A stretch of DNA of 64,000 nt from Parcubacteria group bacterium (GCA_041661275.1 JBAZUU010000001.1:35493-99492); one strand, 5' to 3'; positions 1 through 9,707 are shown, counted from the stretch's first letter. The notes: generated from the sequence alone by a model not told the origin. Made by a program: numbers and translations.

Positions 1-290
1 ACAATGAAATGGTTGGATTTACACTCCCTCAATCCAAATTTCATATCATTTCTCTTCTTGATGAGAAAGATCACGCGCAAAACAAAAAAAGATTTTCTAT
101 CACTGCTAATATCTTAAAGAAAAAAGGCATAGGAACAACTATTATCAAGATGCCCAATGATAATATTTTCCATACTATTTTTTCAACAATGGTGCTCGGT
201 GATTGGGTTTCCTATTATCTGGCCTTGGAATATGGCCAGGATCCAACTCCGGTCGATATAGTGGAAGACCTGAAAAAGGAACTGGAATAA
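1..290 (+). CDS. C-terminal fragment of bifunctional phosphoglucose/phosphomannose isomerase-like protein (5' end outside window)
   Basis: ORF runs in from the window edge. The C-terminal motif LGDWVSYYLALEYGQDPTPVDIVEDLK is typical of PGI/PMI family C-termini. Confidence 0.5.
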   Translation, partial: NEMVGFTLPQSKFHIISLLDEKDHAQNKKRFSITANILKKKGIGTTIIKMPNDNIFHTIFSTMVLGDWVSYYLALEYGQDPTPVDIVEDLKKELE

Positions 291-310
291 AAAACTTTTA
301 ACATAATCTT

Positions 311-790
311 ATGCAAAAGAAAAAGCGCAAAAAAATTGTCGTGGCGGTGAGTGGCGGGTTCGACCCTATTCATGCCGGACACATCAGAATGTTTTATGAA
401 GCCAAAGCGCTTGGAGATGAATTGGTTGTGATTTTGAATAATGACAATTGGTTTGGAATTAAAGGGCGAACTCTTTTTATGCCCGAACAGGAACGTAAAG
501 AAATTATCGAAGCCCTAAAGCCGGTAGACAGAGTCATAATCAGCAAACATAAAAAGTCCAAGAAAAAATTTGATCGCACCACAAGAGAATACAGTGTTTG
601 CCAGGAACTGGAAGAACTAAAACCGGATATTTTTGCTAATGGTGGCGACCGCTTCAAGGATGATGTTCCGGAAGTTGAAACCTGCAAAAAAATTGGTTGC
701 AAAACGGTTTTCAATATCGGCCATGGCGGCAAAGTTCAATCCAGCTCATGGCTTTTGGGGAAATACGTGAAAAAAGCCAAGAAAAAATAG
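311..790 (+). CDS. cytidylyltransferase-like nucleotidyltransferase (HIGH motif, RfaE domain II / glycerol-3-P cytidylyltransferase-like)
   Basis: N-terminal VAVSGGFDPIHAGHIRM is the (H/T)xGH nucleotidyltransferase signature. Size is about 159 aa. Confidence 0.6.
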   Translation: MQKKKRKKIVVAVSGGFDPIHAGHIRMFYEAKALGDELVVILNNDNWFGIKGRTLFMPEQERKEIIEALKPVDRVIISKHKKSKKKFDRTTREYSVCQELEELKPDIFANGGDRFKDDVPEVETCKKIGCKTVFNIGHGGKVQSSSWLLGKYVKKAKKK

Positions 791-829
791 TAGAATAAGG
801 CTTAAGTTAGGCATAATTAGGACTTGGGC

Positions 830-858
830 TTGACAAATTCTCGCGAGTAGTGTAATAT
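830..858 (+). promoter_or_regulatory. sigma70-like promoter (TTGACA-17-TAATAT) in front of a long rnj leader
   Basis: TTGACA at 830-835, a 17-nt spacer, TAATAT at 853-858. No ORF follows before rnj. Confidence 0.4.
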
Positions 859-1119
859 TATGTGTTATACTACTTGTACTATAAGCATTCTTCTTTTTCC
901 CTTACCCTTCTTGATAACCTTGTCTTTTAATTTGAAAGGCTAAATTTGAAATTTTACCTGCCTACCGGCAGGCAGGAGTCAATTTTAATTGAATTTTTAA
1001 TTCAGATTTAAATCAGTTTATATTTGAATTAAAATTTTAAATTAAAAATTTAAAATTTCTTCTTAAATAATTAATCAATCGCTCATTTTATAATGAGCAA
1101 TCTTGTTACCAATTTTATG

Positions 1120-1222
1120 CCCGGTGGTACAACTGCCGAGCACATAACATAACTTGATATTTAACTTAATCAACTCGAACGATTTATTATATTTAATAAA
1201 TTATCGTAGTTGTACCACCGGG
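1120..1222 (+). promoter_or_regulatory. 15-bp inverted repeat (cccggtggtacaact / agttgtaccaccggg) forming a long stem that ends 1 nt before the rnj ATG
   Basis: Arms at 1120-1134 and 1208-1222 are perfectly complementary. The second arm abuts start codon 1224. Confidence 0.4.
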
Positions 1223-1223
1223 T

Positions 1224-3014
1224 ATGTTTAGAAAACAAAATATGAATCCGGCTCCGGCCGTGAGTGCGCCTGTGTCTAGCAGCGCGTTTTCGCCGAAAGC
1301 GGATTTCCAGAGACGTCCCCAGCCTATCGGCATCGGGCACGCCAGACACAATTTAAGGATCATTCCTCTCGGAGGTCTGGAAGAAGTCGGTCGCAATATG
1401 ACCATCTTTGAGTATGGCCAAGATATCATTATCGTGGACATGGGACTGCAATTCCCTGATGAAGATATGCCAGGAATCGATTATATCATTCCTGATATAA
1501 CCTACCTCAAAGGAAAAGAAAAAAATATCCGCGGCGTAATCATCACCCACGGACACTATGACCACATCGGCGCTATTCCTCACCTTATGGAGGCGTTGGG
1601 CAATCCACCGATATATATGACGGAGCTGACGCGTGGAATCGTCATGAAGCGCCAGGATGACTATAAGGACAAACAGCCTTTGAATATCCACACTGTGAAA
1701 AAAATTGACCGGATACGATTAGGTTCGTTTAACATCGAATTTTTTCATGTTAACCATACTATTCCGGATGCGGTTGGTCTTGCTATTAATTCTCCAGTGG
1801 GAACCGTCATCCATACCGGCGACTTCAAGTTCGACCATTCCCCCATTTCTGACGCGCCGGCTGATGTGGCCAAGATTGCGCGACTAGGCAGCGAAAATAT
1901 TTTGGCTCTCATGTCCGATTCCACCGATTCCAAAACTCCGGGATATTCTTTGAGTGAGTCAAAAATTGCGGAAACGCTCGATGATATTTTCGAGCAAACT
2001 AATGACGGACGACTAATCTTCGCTACATTCTCCTCGCTAATTTCCCGTATCCAATCGGTAGTAGCGGCCGCGGAAAAACACGGACGCAAAGTGGCCGTTG
2101 ATGGCTATTCTATGAAAACTAACGTGGAAATTGCGAGAACACTTGGATATTTGCAGACTAAAAAAGGAACATTCATTCCGATCAACAAAGTCAATGAATT
2201 TCCAGATAATAAGGTGGCTATTCTTTGCACCGGCTCTCAAGGCGAATCAAACGCCGTGCTTATGCGTATCGTCAACGGTGAGCATAGATTCGTGAAAGTG
2301 CATAAAAATGACACTTTCGTCCTTTCTTCTTCGGTCATTCCCGGAAACGAGAGAACAGTCCAGTCTATTATGGATACGATTTATCGGAAAGATGCCAAGG
2401 TGATAAATTACAAAATGATGGACGTCCACGCCGGAGGTCACGCGCGTCAGGAAGACTTGAAAATGATGATCAATCTTGTTCGCCCCAAATATCTTATTCC
2501 CGTTCACGGCAACTATTATATGCTCAAACTCCATGGAGATTTGGGCAAGGCCGTGGGAATGGAAGAAAAAAACATTCTCATTGGTGAGAACGGAAAAGTG
2601 ATCGAGTTCGACTATCGTCAGAACGGAAAAGTCACTTCAGAAAAAGTACCAACCAACCACATAATGGTGGACGGACTGGGTGTCGGCGACATCGGACAAG
2701 TAGTCCTTCGCGATCGCCAAGTTCTCGCCAAAGACGGAATGTTTGTCATTATTACGATAGTTGACGGAAAAACCAAAAAAATCATTGGAAAACCCCAAGT
2801 GACTTCTCGTGGATTTATTTTCGTCAAAGAAAATTTTGATCTGGTGAACGCTACTAAGAAAAAGGTAGAAGAAGTCATCGCCGCCAAAACCAAACCCGGT
2901 GAACCGGCTAACTGGGATTATGTGAAAAACAATATCCGGGAAGTGGTCGGACAATTCTTGTATACTAAAACTCAAAGAAGACCAATGGTTCTGCCGGTGG
3001 TGATTGAGGTGTAA
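1224..3014 (+). CDS. rnj: ribonuclease J (metallo-beta-lactamase / beta-CASP RNase)
   Basis: HGHYDHIGAIPHL is the HxHxDH motif. N-terminal LRIIPLGGLEEVGRNM is present. The 596-aa size matches RNase J. Confidence 0.9.
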   Translation: MFRKQNMNPAPAVSAPVSSSAFSPKADFQRRPQPIGIGHARHNLRIIPLGGLEEVGRNMTIFEYGQDIIIVDMGLQFPDEDMPGIDYIIPDITYLKGKEKNIRGVIITHGHYDHIGAIPHLMEALGNPPIYMTELTRGIVMKRQDDYKDKQPLNIHTVKKIDRIRLGSFNIEFFHVNHTIPDAVGLAINSPVGTVIHTGDFKFDHSPISDAPADVAKIARLGSENILALMSDSTDSKTPGYSLSESKIAETLDDIFEQTNDGRLIFATFSSLISRIQSVVAAAEKHGRKVAVDGYSMKTNVEIARTLGYLQTKKGTFIPINKVNEFPDNKVAILCTGSQGESNAVLMRIVNGEHRFVKVHKNDTFVLSSSVIPGNERTVQSIMDTIYRKDAKVINYKMMDVHAGGHARQEDLKMMINLVRPKYLIPVHGNYYMLKLHGDLGKAVGMEEKNILIGENGKVIEFDYRQNGKVTSEKVPTNHIMVDGLGVGDIGQVVLRDRQVLAKDGMFVIITIVDGKTKKIIGKPQVTSRGFIFVKENFDLVNATKKKVEEVIAAKTKPGEPANWDYVKNNIREVVGQFLYTKTQRRPMVLPVVIEV

Positions 3015-3049
3015 TCATTTCCTAAAACCTGGTTTTAGGATTAAAAAAA

Positions 3050-3072
3050 GGCGCGCCAACCCGCGTCTTTTT
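3050..3072. terminator. GC hairpin plus T-run (A-run upstream) after rnj; possibly bidirectional
   Basis: Stem ggcgcg/cgcgtc with one wobble pair, followed by ttttt at 3068-3072. Confidence 0.4.
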
Positions 3073-3114
3073 ACAGTCGGTTGACATGGTTTGCACGCAT
3101 GATAAAATAGCATT

Positions 3115-3471
3115 ATGGAAAATGACAAATTAGAAAATGAATATATAACTAAGAAGGATTTGGAAGAACAAACCCAAGTCATTCTTACTGCTGTTGATTC
3201 TGTTCTGGACAAGCGCTTGACTGAAAACCTGAAAAAAGTTGAAGATAATTTACGTAGCGAAATATATATCGTAAGAAATGAGTTGAATGAAAAAATTGAC
3301 GGCGCAAAAAACGAATTGAAACATGATATAAATAATGTTCAAACCTTGATAGATGGATATGTGAAAGAGCAGGAGGAGTTTAAGCAAGAATTTGTTATCA
3401 TGAAAGAGGAAATGAAGCAGATAAAGCAGATCATAAAAGAAAAGCTTGGGATAGAAATACAGGCGATCTGA
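3115..3471 (+). CDS. hypothetical coiled-coil protein
   Basis: 118-aa ORF, charged, heptad-like. Flanked by terminators. Confidence 0.45.
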   Translation: MENDKLENEYITKKDLEEQTQVILTAVDSVLDKRLTENLKKVEDNLRSEIYIVRNELNEKIDGAKNELKHDINNVQTLIDGYVKEQEEFKQEFVIMKEEMKQIKQIIKEKLGIEIQAI

Positions 3472-3507
3472 TTCTTATTTTTATAATTTATTTTTATAAT
3501 TTTTTTG

Positions 3508-3531
3508 AGGCGCGAGCAATCGCGCCTTTTT
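3508..3531. terminator. bidirectional rho-independent terminator between convergent genes
   Basis: aggcgcga-gcaa-tcgcgcct gives a perfect 8-bp stem, then ttttt. Confidence 0.6.
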
Positions 3532-3550
3532 GCTGCCAAAAAAAGTACGG

Positions 3551-3904
3551 CTAAGAGACTTTCCTAAACGTAATTTTATACACCGGCTCGTAGGCATTAT
3601 TATATTCATCTTTCAGCGCCACAGTTTTGCCGTCCATGAGCGTAGTCATAGCGATATCGGTCACCATCTGATCCAGTTCCGCCGCCTTGGCTTTCAGTTT
3701 TTCATATTCATCCCAACGCGCGCCCAATCGCGATTGCGTCATAGTTTCAATTTGCTTTTTCTTCTCGCGCAATTCTTTCACTTTCGCAGTCGTCTCTTCA
3801 TATTCATTGGCATTGACCAACGCGTCTTTATACTCTTTCCTTATCCCCTTTTGCGATTTCTTATTCTCTTGCAACTCATTGTAGACTTCTTGAATGTCCC
3901 GCAT
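3551..3904 (-). CDS. hypothetical protein (charged, coiled-coil)
   Basis: 117-aa ORF with clean intergenic boundaries. Confidence 0.45.
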   Translation of the reverse strand: MRDIQEVYNELQENKKSQKGIRKEYKDALVNANEYEETTAKVKELREKKKQIETMTQSRLGARWDEYEKLKAKAAELDQMVTDIAMTTLMDGKTVALKDEYNNAYEPVYKITFRKVS

Positions 3905-4226
3905 TTTTGTATTTTTAATAAATTAAAATAAGCCGGGTGGGCTACGAAGACAATTTTAGCATAGAATTATTATTTCTTAAAATCTACCTCATCCGCCCCG
4001 ATAAGAATCGGGGCACCTTCTCCTTATAAAGGAGAAAGAAATAATGTAACGTATCCTCCCTCTCCTTTATAAGGAGAGGGATTATGGGTGAGGTCGAGGG
4101 AGTCACTTGCTACTTTATACTTGCTACTTTATACTAAAATCATATGAAAAACCCCGTAAAGAAATTTGCCAAAAAAGTTTGTCTACAGGGTTGATCTAGA
4201 AAAATAACCAAGAAAAATCTATCTTT

Positions 4227-5222
4227 ATGGCCAGTCAAATTTCTAACGGGGCGCGGCGCATCTTTTCCGGCATACAGCCGAGTGGAAACTTACATTTAGG
4301 CAATTATCTGGGCGCCATCAAAAATTGGGTCAAACTCCAGGATGAGTATGATTCTATTTTTTGCGTGGTTGATCTTCACGCCATCACCGTTCCGCAAGAC
4401 CCGGAGAAATTACGCCAGCAAACCTTAGAAGTGGCAAAGGTATATTTGGCGTCCGGAATAGATCCGGAAAAATGTTCATTGTTTGTTCAATCTCATGTTA
4501 GTGAACACACGGAATTGATGTGGATCCTAAATACTATTACAAAAATAGCCGAGCTGGAAAGGATGACTCAATTTAAAGATAAATCTGCCAAGTCCGGAGT
4601 GGACGCGGGACTCTTAAATTATCCCGTTCTTATGGCCGCTGATATTATTCTATACGACACAAATTTAGTTCCCGTCGGAAAAGATCAGTTGCAACATATT
4701 GAAATTACCAGAACACTGGCTAATCGTTTTAACAAAAAATTCGGTGATACTTTTGTGGTTCCTGAACCTTATATCACCAAAGAAGGCATGAGAATTATGG
4801 GCTTGGATGATCCAACAAAGAAAATGTCCAAATCCGCCGCGTCTGATTATAACTATATTGCCCTCACCGATGACGAAGAAACCGTACGAAGAAAAATCAA
4901 AAAAGCCGTCACTGATTCCGGATCAGAAATTGTTTATAGCGGAGATAGGCCTGCTCTGATGAATCTCATCAACATCTATTCCCTACTGTCCGATATGCCA
5001 ACCAAAGAAATCGAAGAAAAATTCAAAGACAAGGGTTACGCTGATTTTAAAGCCGATTTAGCTGATGTAATAGTAAATTTCCTAAAACCGTTGCAAGAAA
5101 AAATCGCCGATTTGTCAGACGAAAAAGTTTTGGAAATTCTGAAGGCTGGAGCCAAAAAAGTCCAGCCAATTGCCAAAGCAAAGTTGAACGAAGTAAAAAA
5201 GAAAATCGGTTTCATCCTGTAA
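4227..5222 (+). CDS. trpS: tryptophanyl-tRNA synthetase
   Basis: Class I HIGH-like motif (GNLHLGNYLG) and KMSKS are both present. Length is 331 aa. Confidence 0.9.
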   Translation: MASQISNGARRIFSGIQPSGNLHLGNYLGAIKNWVKLQDEYDSIFCVVDLHAITVPQDPEKLRQQTLEVAKVYLASGIDPEKCSLFVQSHVSEHTELMWILNTITKIAELERMTQFKDKSAKSGVDAGLLNYPVLMAADIILYDTNLVPVGKDQLQHIEITRTLANRFNKKFGDTFVVPEPYITKEGMRIMGLDDPTKKMSKSAASDYNYIALTDDEETVRRKIKKAVTDSGSEIVYSGDRPALMNLINIYSLLSDMPTKEIEEKFKDKGYADFKADLADVIVNFLKPLQEKIADLSDEKVLEILKAGAKKVQPIAKAKLNEVKKKIGFIL

Positions 5223-5241
5223 AATATTATTAGAAGCTAAA

Positions 5242-5267
5242 GAGAGCCTCTCGGCTCCCTTTTTTTA
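5242..5267. terminator. hairpin plus T7 after trpS (convergent with 5265..5504)
   Basis: gagcc-tctc-ggctc followed by ttttttt. Confidence 0.5.
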
Positions 5268-5504
5268 TCCACATTTAGACTCACTATCGAATTCATTATT
5301 CATCCGACTCTCTTTTTCCCGACAAAACCAACAGGGACATCCCAAGCCCTTCTTCTGGACATGCATCCCGTCACAAAGACCGTTCGGGTCTTTAGTCCCT
5401 CCGCAGGAACAAAGCGACAGTTCTGCTCCGTCTTCAGCAAGAAGACTATGCGGCAAATGTCCCGTGCCGCTCTCACTCATCGCGTACTTTTTTTCCGAAT
5501 CCAT
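5265..5504 (-). CDS. small Cys-rich protein, CDGSH-type iron-sulfur domain-like
   Basis: CSCGGTKDPNGLCDGMH resembles the CDGSH motif (CxC..S/T...PxCDGxH). A further GCPCWFC cluster follows. Confidence 0.4.
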   Translation of the reverse strand: MDSEKKYAMSESGTGHLPHSLLAEDGAELSLCSCGGTKDPNGLCDGMHVQKKGLGCPCWFCREKESRMNNEFDSESKCG

Positions 5505-5529
5505 ATTTTAAAGTTTAATGATTAATCCA

Positions 5530-6285
5530 TTATGACATCTCCTTAATAATCTGTCGCATCATTAGGTCTGCGGGTAAAAATTCTCCCTCCAGAGGGACAA
5601 AAAAATCTCCTTCCACTCTGGTTTTATCGGCAGAAACAGACACTCCAGCCGCGTCAATCATTTCCTTGTCATTAAGATTATCTCCGATCGCTAAGACATT
5701 TTCTTTTTTTAAATTGAGATAATTTTGCAGAGCAGTTAGACCGACAGCTTTGTTTTGAATGTCCCTGACTCCTACATCATACGCCTCTCCATTCCAAAGA
5801 CAGTACAGTTTGTCATACTTGGCCACAACTTCTTCAATTTTTTCTACCCTATCATCACAGTGAATCGTCATAATAAATTCCTTGGGTTCGAATCCTTTGA
5901 CATTCTTTTCTTTTTCAATACCTCTTAATTCTAAAAACAAATCAGAAAGATATTCAAAACTATTGATATGCTGGACTATTTTCCCTTCAATCCAAGTCGC
6001 ACTACCATTTTCATAAGTTATACTGGCAAATGGTAATATCCCTCTAAACACTTCTTGCAGCATATACAACCCCCTCCCAGAATTTATGTTTATATAAAAA
6101 CCGAGTTCTTTTAATTTTTTTATCTGTTCGATTTGCTTCGGATCTATATGCTTAGTTTGCAAGGTCGTAATATCATTTTCTTGCTTTATTTTTGTCCCTC
6201 TTGGCACAAGCACACCATCAACATCAAAAACGATCATTTTTATATCCTTCAAAACTTCTTTGGTTAATTCGTTTATCGGTTTCAT
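5530..6285 (-). CDS. HAD-superfamily hydrolase (Cof/IIB-like sugar phosphatase)
   Basis: N-terminal IVFDVDGVLV is the DxDG motif. About 250 aa. Adjacent to the phosphohexomutase. Confidence 0.65.
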   Translation of the reverse strand: MKPINELTKEVLKDIKMIVFDVDGVLVPRGTKIKQENDITTLQTKHIDPKQIEQIKKLKELGFYININSGRGLYMLQEVFRGILPFASITYENGSATWIEGKIVQHINSFEYLSDLFLELRGIEKEKNVKGFEPKEFIMTIHCDDRVEKIEEVVAKYDKLYCLWNGEAYDVGVRDIQNKAVGLTALQNYLNLKKENVLAIGDNLNDKEMIDAAGVSVSADKTRVEGDFFVPLEGEFLPADLMMRQIIKEMS

Positions 6286-6312
6286 AGTATATTGTGTGTT
6301 TTAAAAAATAAT

Positions 6313-7707
6313 TTATTCTACCGCTCTCTCTGGCTCAACGGCGAACTGACTCAAATAATCAACCAGTTCTTTGTTTTTTTCTTCTAAAAGTTCTTTGGAA
6401 TTTGCTTCCAGATTCAATCTCATCACTGGCGCACTCTCGGAAATTATCAAGGTAAACCACCAGTCCGGAAATTCAACCGCAAGCCCGTCAATCTTACTAA
6501 TTTTTGCTCCAACTTTTTTGTATTTTTCCTCCAATTCAGCGGAAATGGAAATGATTTTATCACGACTTGCCAAGGGAAAGTTAGTTTCTTCTATAGTAAA
6601 ATATTTCGACTTGAATTTATCTATTATCTGTTCTAGAGTTTCTTCTCGTACCGACAGCGCCTGCAAAAAAATTAAAAAGCCTAGAATGCCATCGTCAACA
6701 CTATAAAAATCAGCCAGCATAAGGTGCCCGGAAGTTTCTCCTCCAAAAATGATGTTTTTATCCCTCCTCATTTCTAATTTCAGAGGAATGGTCCAGTGCG
6801 GAAGGACTGTCAATTTTCCGCCGAGTTTTTTTACTAAATCTTTTACCACTCGGGAAGTTTTTACTTCGACAGCTATCCCGTTTCTTGAAGATCCCTTGAT
6901 CAGATATTCACTAATAATAGCAATAAGCAAGCTTGGGTCAATTAGTTCTCCATTTCTGTTAACAGCTGAAAAACGATCCGCATCACCGTCAAAAAATATG
7001 CCCAGATCCGCGTCCACCTCTTTCATTTTTTCTATACCATATTGACGATTTTCCGCTACTCTTGGGTTGGCGGTATGATTGGGGAAAGTTCCGTCAGGCT
7101 CCATAAAAAGTGGGATAATTTCTATGTTTGAGTCAGTAAAAATTTTATCAAAATAAAGACCTGCCATACCGTTGCCGCTATCAACAACGACCTTCAAAGG
7201 CTTAAAGGGAGCTTTAATAAAATTTTTAATTTCTCTTATGTACTTTTCTGTTAAATCTTTAAGTTCTATTTTTCCTTTTTCAACATTTTCAATAAAATCT
7301 TTTTCTAAGACATCTTTTTTAAATTCCAATATTTGTTCCTTGGTGAAAGGAACTGATTTTTTGAACATTGGCTTCATACCGTTGAATTCCTTACTCATGT
7401 GAGACGCGGTTATCATGAATCCAGCATCAGCTTCTGGCGAAACTGCTAAAGAGTAGTAAAAATAAGGCGTACTTGCCAATCCGATATCAATGACATCCGC
7501 GCCTTGACTGATTATCCCATTGATTAGCGCGTCAGAAAGCGGCTTGGATGAAAGTCTGATATCGCGTGCCACCATAATTTTTTTAGCGTTAAAGAACTCA
7601 ACTGATGCTTGCCCAATTTTGTATGCCGCTTCCTCATTAATTTCTTCGGGATAAACTCCCCTGATATCATAGGCTTTGAAAATGTTCGGATTTATTGTTT
7701 TTTCCAT
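6313..7707 (-). CDS. phosphoglucomutase/phosphomannomutase family protein
   Basis: Has ITASHM (TASHNP-like phosphoserine loop) and FGGETSGH (sugar-binding GEESGH-like). Length 464 aa. Confidence 0.8.
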   Translation of the reverse strand: MEKTINPNIFKAYDIRGVYPEEINEEAAYKIGQASVEFFNAKKIMVARDIRLSSKPLSDALINGIISQGADVIDIGLASTPYFYYSLAVSPEADAGFMITASHMSKEFNGMKPMFKKSVPFTKEQILEFKKDVLEKDFIENVEKGKIELKDLTEKYIREIKNFIKAPFKPLKVVVDSGNGMAGLYFDKIFTDSNIEIIPLFMEPDGTFPNHTANPRVAENRQYGIEKMKEVDADLGIFFDGDADRFSAVNRNGELIDPSLLIAIISEYLIKGSSRNGIAVEVKTSRVVKDLVKKLGGKLTVLPHWTIPLKLEMRRDKNIIFGGETSGHLMLADFYSVDDGILGFLIFLQALSVREETLEQIIDKFKSKYFTIEETNFPLASRDKIISISAELEEKYKKVGAKISKIDGLAVEFPDWWFTLIISESAPVMRLNLEANSKELLEEKNKELVDYLSQFAVEPERAVE

Positions 7708-7800
7708 AAAATTAGTTTAATTATTACTGCTTTTATTCTAGCATAAAGCCGTCGGATATTTCCAATAGAAGTTGTGTTTTAGTATTATAATAGAGGATTT

Positions 7801-7848
7801 AGAGGTTCGACCTCTAACACGCTCTAACGCTTTAGAGGTCGAACCTCT
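7801..7848. promoter_or_regulatory. pair of mutually inverted 15-bp palindromes (agaggttcgacctct / agaggtcgaacctct) in the divergent pgm-ychF region
   Basis: Each is itself a palindrome, and the second is the reverse complement of the first. Confidence 0.4.
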
Positions 7849-7900
7849 AAAAAGCACCCGTTGATAAAACCATTATACTATACTACTATTCGTACATTGG

Positions 7901-7930
7901 TATATTCGTATTAAATTCGTAATTCGTAAA
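7901..7930 (+). promoter_or_regulatory. TTCGTA-array motif (tatattcgta-N4-aattcgtaattcgta) immediately upstream of ychF
   Basis: Nearly identical 30-mer recurs at 10241-10270 upstream of rpsR. Confidence 0.4.
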
Positions 7931-7932
7931 GT

Positions 7933-9012
7933 ATGAAAATAGGAATAGTTGGCCTCCCCAATGTCGGGAAATCAACCCTTTTCAAAGCCCTGACTAAAAC
8001 GCCAGTGGATATTAATAATTATCCATTTTGCACTATTGAACCGAATGTTGGAATTGTTAAGGTACCCGACGAGAGGTTGGATAAGCTGGCTGAGATGTCT
8101 AAATCAAAAAAGGTGGTACCGGCTATCATTGAATTTGTGGATATCGCGGGACTAGTGAAAGGCGCTTCCACCGGAGAAGGATTGGGCAATAAATTTCTGG
8201 CCAACATCCATGAAGTGGACGCTATCGTCCATGTAGTTCGAGCCTTTCAAAATCCCAGTATTATTCACGTACATAATGAAATTAATCCCCTATCGGATAT
8301 TGAGGTGATAAATACGGAATTAATTTTGGCAGATCTAGAAACAGTCAAGAAAGTGAGAGTGCGTTTGGAAAAAGATGTCCGGGGGAACAAGAAAGGCGCG
8401 GATGTTCAACTGGCCATTCTTGAAAAGATACAGAAAACCTTAGAAAATGGAAATCTTGCCAATTCTCTGGTAGAGACGCCCCGTCGGGGCGTCTCTACGG
8501 AGCAATTGGATCTGTCAGAAGATAACACTAAAATTATTTACCGAGAATTATCCCTTCTTACTGCTAAACCTTTCATTTACGCCTATAATGTAAGCGATAT
8601 TTCGGAAAAATTATCAGACGATCTTGAAAATAAAAACCACGTGAAATTGGATATTAAGATAGAAGAAGAACTGATTGAAATGAGCGCGGAAGAAGCGTTG
8701 GAGTTGGAAATAAAGTCTAATTTAAACGAGCTTATCGTAAAAGCGTATTATACCCTCGGATTGATTACATTTCTCACGACCGGCGAAGACGAATCCCGCG
8801 CTTGGACTATACTGAAAGATTCCACCGCGCCTATTGCCGGCGCTGCTATCCACAATGATTTCAAGGACCGTTTCATCCGCGCCGAAGTCATCGCCTGGGA
8901 TAAACTCCTTGAAATCGGTTCCTGGTCAAAAGCGCGAGAACTGGGAAAACTGCAATTAGAGGGAAAAGAATATGTTGTGCAAGATGGTGATGTCATTGAA
9001 TTTAAGATATAG
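7933..9012 (+). CDS. ychF: ribosome-binding ATPase YchF (Obg-family GTPase)
   Basis: IGIVGLPNVGKSTLF P-loop. C-terminal TGS-like region. Length 359 aa. Confidence 0.9.
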   Translation: MKIGIVGLPNVGKSTLFKALTKTPVDINNYPFCTIEPNVGIVKVPDERLDKLAEMSKSKKVVPAIIEFVDIAGLVKGASTGEGLGNKFLANIHEVDAIVHVVRAFQNPSIIHVHNEINPLSDIEVINTELILADLETVKKVRVRLEKDVRGNKKGADVQLAILEKIQKTLENGNLANSLVETPRRGVSTEQLDLSEDNTKIIYRELSLLTAKPFIYAYNVSDISEKLSDDLENKNHVKLDIKIEEELIEMSAEEALELEIKSNLNELIVKAYYTLGLITFLTTGEDESRAWTILKDSTAPIAGAAIHNDFKDRFIRAEVIAWDKLLEIGSWSKARELGKLQLEGKEYVVQDGDVIEFKI

Positions 9013-9156
9013 CTATTGACTAATGATCAATTAGCTATTATACTTATTTTAATCTAGAAAGCCCATAGTTTTCTCGCCCCGACGTGCGTCGGGGATAAGA
9101 AAACACCATCCGCCATGGGACTTTCTATTGGCGGTTTAATCATTTATAATCAAACT

Positions 9157-9636
9157 ATGCGATACGAACTGTTTTATCTCATCGGTGCTTCCCGCGAAGC
9201 TGACGCTGAAAAAATCAAAGAAGACATCATGAAACTGGTTACCGAAGCCGGTGGTGTTTTCGAGGAGAAGGAAACCATAGAAAAACGAAGACTAGCCTAC
9301 CAGATCAAGCACGAAACCCATGGGATCTTCATTGCTCAAAGATTCGAGCTGGACACGGAAAAAATTCCGGAGTTGAGTAAAAAAATAAACCTCTACCCCA
9401 ACCTCACTCGATTCATAATCAGCAAGGCTAACGAACTACCGGAACTAAAAACTAAAGAGGAAAGAATAAGTGAATCAATGACCAGACCTGCGCCGGTAAA
9501 AGAAGTGGAAAAGAAAATCGAAACTCCAGCCAAAAAAGAAGAAGTAAAAGAAGACACTAAAAAAGAAGAGTCGAAAGAAAAGCCGGCCAGCGACGATGAT
9601 ATTGATAAAAAATTAGAAGAAATACTAAATATATAA
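9157..9636 (+). CDS. rpsF: 30S ribosomal protein S6 with lysine/acidic C-terminal tail
   Basis: MRYELFYLI... matches S6 N-termini. Start moved to the internal ATG at 9157 (the ORF track starts at 9115). Confidence 0.8.
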   Translation: MRYELFYLIGASREADAEKIKEDIMKLVTEAGGVFEEKETIEKRRLAYQIKHETHGIFIAQRFELDTEKIPELSKKINLYPNLTRFIISKANELPELKTKEERISESMTRPAPVKEVEKKIETPAKKEEVKEDTKKEESKEKPASDDDIDKKLEEILNI

Positions 9637-9707
9637 ATTTTAAGTTTTAAATTTAAAATTTGAAATTGAATTTTAAGTAACTTAATTTTAAATTAAAAAT
9701 TAATCTT

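Noticed and set aside
960-1080. AT-rich aattt/aaaatt repeat tracts (also at 9640-9706 and 11528-11590) as possible CRISPR arrays
   Set aside because: No regularly spaced identical repeats with unique spacers. They are low-complexity intergenic AT tracts or short tandem duplications.
4000-4226. T-box riboswitch upstream of trpS
   Set aside because: No recognisable T-box conserved sequence or specifier-loop architecture was seen. Only palindromes and a tandem repeat are present.
9115-9156. Extended N-terminus of rpsF starting at 9115
   Set aside because: S6 orthologs start at MRYE/MRHYE. The upstream extension lacks an RBS.
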